From Nemertoderma westbladi (taxonomy: Eukaryota; Animalia; Xenacoelomorpha), in NCBI GenBank assembly GCA_032718475.1, contig JAUCBJ010004109.1, positions 1-64,000 on the forward strand: a stretch of DNA of 64,000 bases, given 5' to 3'. This document shows, one piece after another, positions 60,127-64,000 of this stretch (within the stretch, counting starts at the first letter, position 1; every line of letters begins with the position of its first letter). The position numbers were made by a program, and so were the translations under genes. The notes below the pieces were generated by a model. The model made no database searches and was not told the DNA's origin. It saw nothing but the letters and a program-made list of their open reading frames with translations.

Positions 60127-60753
60127 CTACCGACGCATTAATAGATGGAGTGAAATGACCACAACAAACCCAGTGAGTATAAAGTGATAGAATTCTCGAT
60201 TGGTTCGTTCGATTTCCCGACGTTCCAAAACGTTTACGCGCTGCCGCAGGGAGAACATCTGGGTTTGCAACGACTGCTCCTGGGGCGGGTTGTAATACTC
60301 CTTGGAGCCGTAACCCGGGTAACGTGGGGTCGTGACGTCATCGCGTCGAGGTAGGTGACCGTTCGGTCCACCGGGAGGCGTTTCCAGAGGCTCCGTGTAG
60401 TAGTTGGCGTCTCCGTGTCCGTGATCCAAATTTTGTTTAGCCACGTTGTCGTCGTCAATATCTTCCTCGGCGAGAATTATTTTCTCGGGGATTTGCATAA
60501 TAGAACTTTGTTTAGTAGCGGTGTTCTCTTGCTCCCTCAAGTGACGCAAAGAGGAATCATCTGCGAAGCTTTGGACTTGCTCCTTACCGACTTGTATTCT
60601 GTCGGGAACGCGCATTTGGCGTTCTATCTCCGGGTTAAAGACGACAGGATTCATTCCGATAACGGAGGGATGCGGGAGACCGAGTTCGGATGGGTGGGGC
60701 ACTCGGCGTGGATTAGTTCGAGCGCCGGGGGCGGGGGGGTTGGTGGATGCCAT
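60127..60753 (-). CDS. MFF: Mitochondrial fission factor (MFF/Tango11) homologue, single coding exon
   Basis: Two Drp1-binding repeats MRVPDRI and MQIPEKI, an LETPP motif, a C-terminal coiled coil and a tail-anchor TM ending LLMRR. Confidence 0.88.
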   Translation of the reverse strand: MASTNPPAPGARTNPRRVPHPSELGLPHPSVIGMNPVVFNPEIERQMRVPDRIQVGKEQVQSFADDSSLRHLREQENTATKQSSIMQIPEKIILAEEDIDDDNVAKQNLDHGHGDANYYTEPLETPPGGPNGHLPRRDDVTTPRYPGYGSKEYYNPPQEQSLQTQMFSLRQRVNVLERREIERTNREFYHFILTGFVVVISLHLLMRR

Positions 60754-61080
60754 CGGATGGAATCTGCTCTTGTATGTGTCTTCTTACTGTCTTACAGTCT
60801 TAGGCCTAGTCTTTCGCTTATTTAGTATCTAGTACCCGGTAGGCCCTATCAGATTATATTGGTATCAGAAAATGGACAGTTCTGCAGTTGAATTCCGGTA
60901 TGTACCATAACCATACTGCCATACCAACCAACTACAGAACTACAACTGGTACCTACGGTACCGGTACATAAATACATACACTGCAGTACAGCAGTACGTT
61001 ACAGTCTGACAGTTGTTCATTAGGGGGGTCCAAAAAAATATTTTTTTCCGAATTTCAACTCGGGAGCAGTTCGCACATCT

Positions 61081-62374
61081 GGGGCGGTATTCATAGAGTT
61101 AGTATTAGTTACAGCTACTTAGTGACAGCTTTTAGTAAGAGCTGCAACTATGTTTAGTAAGAGCTATCTGTTACTAAAAACAACTGATTTTAGTAAGAGC
61201 ATTGACTTAACTTAGTTTCAACTAACCCTTAAAAAATATCAGTATTCATAAACTGTTACTAAACTTAGTTCTAGCCTATTAGTACCAGTACCGGTACTTT
61301 AACTTATGTGTATCAAAAAGCTTTCAGTTTCAACTTAAGGACGGTAGTTATGCCCTGCATGTCTCTATGTTTACTGTTTTACTAGTATTTGTAGCCTACA
61401 TTAAACCCATTAATTTTATTGGTCACTAAAACAATTCCTGTTTTCCAGTAAATTTTTTTCGTTATCAAATATATATTTCCACATATACATTCCCATATAT
61501 ATATATTATCACTAAAATATATTTTTGAATAATCAAAAATAAATCTGTTACGGCCTGTTGTAATAAAATCCCTTCATTATTTAGGTTAGAATAACGTGGC
61601 ACTGTAAGCTGCCCTTTCCCACATTTTAGCAATAATTTATAATTAATAGATTTAATGTTAATTAATAGATTTTAGTGGAAACTGAATATTTTAGTGATTT
61701 CCTGTAAAAATTTTAGTGAAAAAGTATTATTTTTAGTCAGTAAGTAAGGCGATAAATCAATTGGCTACCATTATCGAATACCATTATTTACATTCGGTAA
61801 TAGAGATGAAAATAATGAAGTGGGAACGCTACCGCTTTTTCATCTTGCGAAAGTTCGCCAATGGTAGAATTCTTTAGCGAAACACATTTTCAATGGACGC
61901 GGAACGTTCGGGAGCAATCTCACCATTCAAGAATGTACGCTAAAATTTGCAAATTTAAGTCGGATATATGTTTAAAAAACAAAAAGCTTTATGACGTTAC
62001 ATTTGACAGTTTCTCTGCAACAACACATTTGCAATGAACACAGAATGCTAGAAAAACAAGAGAGAGTATAATGTGGCCAGAGTCATCAGTAACATAATAA
62101 CCATACTGTATGTATGAAGGCCAACATAGAATAAGTAAGCGTTCTTACCAACTTAGTCACATCTTCATGTGACAAGAAATTTAAGTTACATCTAATACTA
62201 ACTTAAGTAAGACTAAAGTCTATGAATACGAGTTTAGCAACAACTAGTACTAAATACGTTAGTAATAAGTACCACCAACTTCTCTGAATACCGAATTAAT
62301 ACAAGCACTTACTAACTTGCTGTGAATAGGTCTAAGTTCCTACAGTAGTTAGTCACATTTATGAATACCGCCCC
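61081..62374. mobile_element. PIF/Harbinger-like MITE
   Basis: 15-bp TIR GGGGCGGTATTCATA ... TATGAATACCGCCCC; TSD unclear. Confidence 0.65.
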
Positions 62375-63796
62375 CTCAGGTCATCAAATGGGTCCAAACT
62401 TCGATAGATACCAACATTTTGATTTGGGGATGACAGGAAATATTCCCACCGGCACAAGGCCATTTCCCACTCTTATGCTTTGGCGCAAGTGCGTCATATT
62501 CCCAGTTTTTATGATGATCAACTTATAGTATTCCTATACTGCATTGATATTATGCTCTTTAGAACCGCAATGACCGATTTAGTTGGTGTAGACACCTTCA
62601 AAACAATCATAAGAGCGAATAGTTTTTAAGATATTGCAGATAATGTGAAGTCCGGCATAAGTCAACATTAGCGCCTTGATGCCATATTGACAAATACACT
62701 AAAATTGATACAATTCACACATAACTGCAATGCTCAATTTAGGGGATGTTGACACTCTAAAAATATGAGTTGGTGATTAGTATTCGGTTAGAGTTATTGT
62801 TAAACTTTTTTTAAACGTTCTTTTAGTCTTAGAGTCTACTCTAGGCCTATTTTAATTCAATATTATTTTTTGATGGAAGAGTAGGTAATATTATTGCAAA
62901 AAACTTAATTTTATTGAAATTTATATTTGTTGTTAAACTTTCTGATGTTATATAACATCAGAAAGATTAACAACAAATATAACTTTTATTGTGTATTTCA
63001 CTTTGCAGTACCCCATGTGAAGGAAGAACTATAGGTTTTCACGAAAAACCGCAGATAGGAAGACTTTCGACGCAATAAAAATTCATCCCTCTTCAGGGGG
63101 AAATCGACTCAAATAACAGCTGATGAAACTCAACAGTAAAACAGTAACCTGTTCTATTGACTCTCGTTTATTGTTGTGTTTAGATTAACTAACATGCCAC
63201 TGCAAAGCAAACTGCTTCTTTCCCCAAATTGACAATTTAACATTGGGAGCGAGATATTAATTCGCCAAGATGGGATTTGCATCCAGTTTCCAACTGTCTA
63301 AAAAATCGAGGTTACGAGGTTCGAGGGCTGAATAAAACCAAAACAATAAACAAATTATGTAGTATCTGAACGGGTTATAAGGAAGATAAGCGACCCTTCA
63401 TAAAGATAAATTAAAAAAAAGACGTAGTCTTCATATATAAAATGCCTATCAGCAGAGTCGACCAAATGTGAAAACCTGCGAAAAAAATTGTATTACATTC
63501 GAATTTCATCTCACAAAAACATAATTGGCTAAAGAAAAGCTATTTTAATGATTGCATTACATAATGTGCAGACTAGACTAGTCGGGCGGCCTGACTATAT
63601 GCGTACCTTCAGTGCATAAAACTAACCTACTGTATCTGTGGGAACAGCCAATTAGTGAGCTCTTATCATTTCTCTCTATGTACCAGCCGCTATATCTTTG
63701 TACTGTATATAACATAAGAAAGCTACTAAAACGTTTCACCGCAATAGCAGTTTGGCAAAGAAGTGCTGGCTGGCCATTGAAATTCTTGGGTAAAGG

Positions 63797-63900
63797 GGTA
63801 CGCAGCAATCTTCGCCCGCGAGCAATCTTCGCCCTCAAAACAACAAACTATCGACCGGCGAAAACATTTGCCCAAAGGCAATCTTCGCCCACTAAACAAT
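63797..63900. repeat. Probable left arm of another foldback/MULE-like element
   Basis: GG-starting segment with repeated GCAATCTTCGCCC subunits; the partner arm is not in the window. Confidence 0.35.
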
Positions 63901-64000
63901 TATTATTTTGGTTAAAAACAACAGTCTTTGTAACCTGCCCCTTTCCCTCAATTGGTAACTAAAATGGTTATACAGTACTAACACAAATCTTATAGGGCGA

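Overview
Repeat-rich animal nuclear DNA (metazoan-type 7SL RNA, spliceosomal GT-AG introns, BEL/Pao element, host genes MFSD6L-like, SLC35F3/4-like, MRPL37-like and MFF). The dominant feature is a young, 20.1-kb BEL/Pao LTR retrotransposon (6677-26801) with 2178-bp LTRs and a CTAGT target-site duplication. It has four unusual traits. (1) gag is interrupted by a ~1.19-kb segment that folds by hand into a complete group I self-splicing intron core (P1 with U.G, P3-P8, G-binding P7), and removing it can restore one gag-pol frame. (2) There is no tRNA-type PBS; the PBS position is instead an 11-nt perfect complement of a site inside its own LTR, suggesting Tf1-like self-priming. (3) A third 1278-aa ORF carries a DEDDy (WRN/RNase D/Mut-7-like) 3'-5' exonuclease domain and three CCHC knuckles. 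(4) An 18-nt palindrome recurs six times along the internal region. The rest of the window holds a deleted Sola1-like transposon with a 48-bp tandem array inside its transposase, RTE LINE copies, MULE-, Tc1/mariner-, Harbinger- and Helentron-like non-autonomous elements, and minisatellites. All RNA folds and homologies were judged by eye; nothing was computed or searched.
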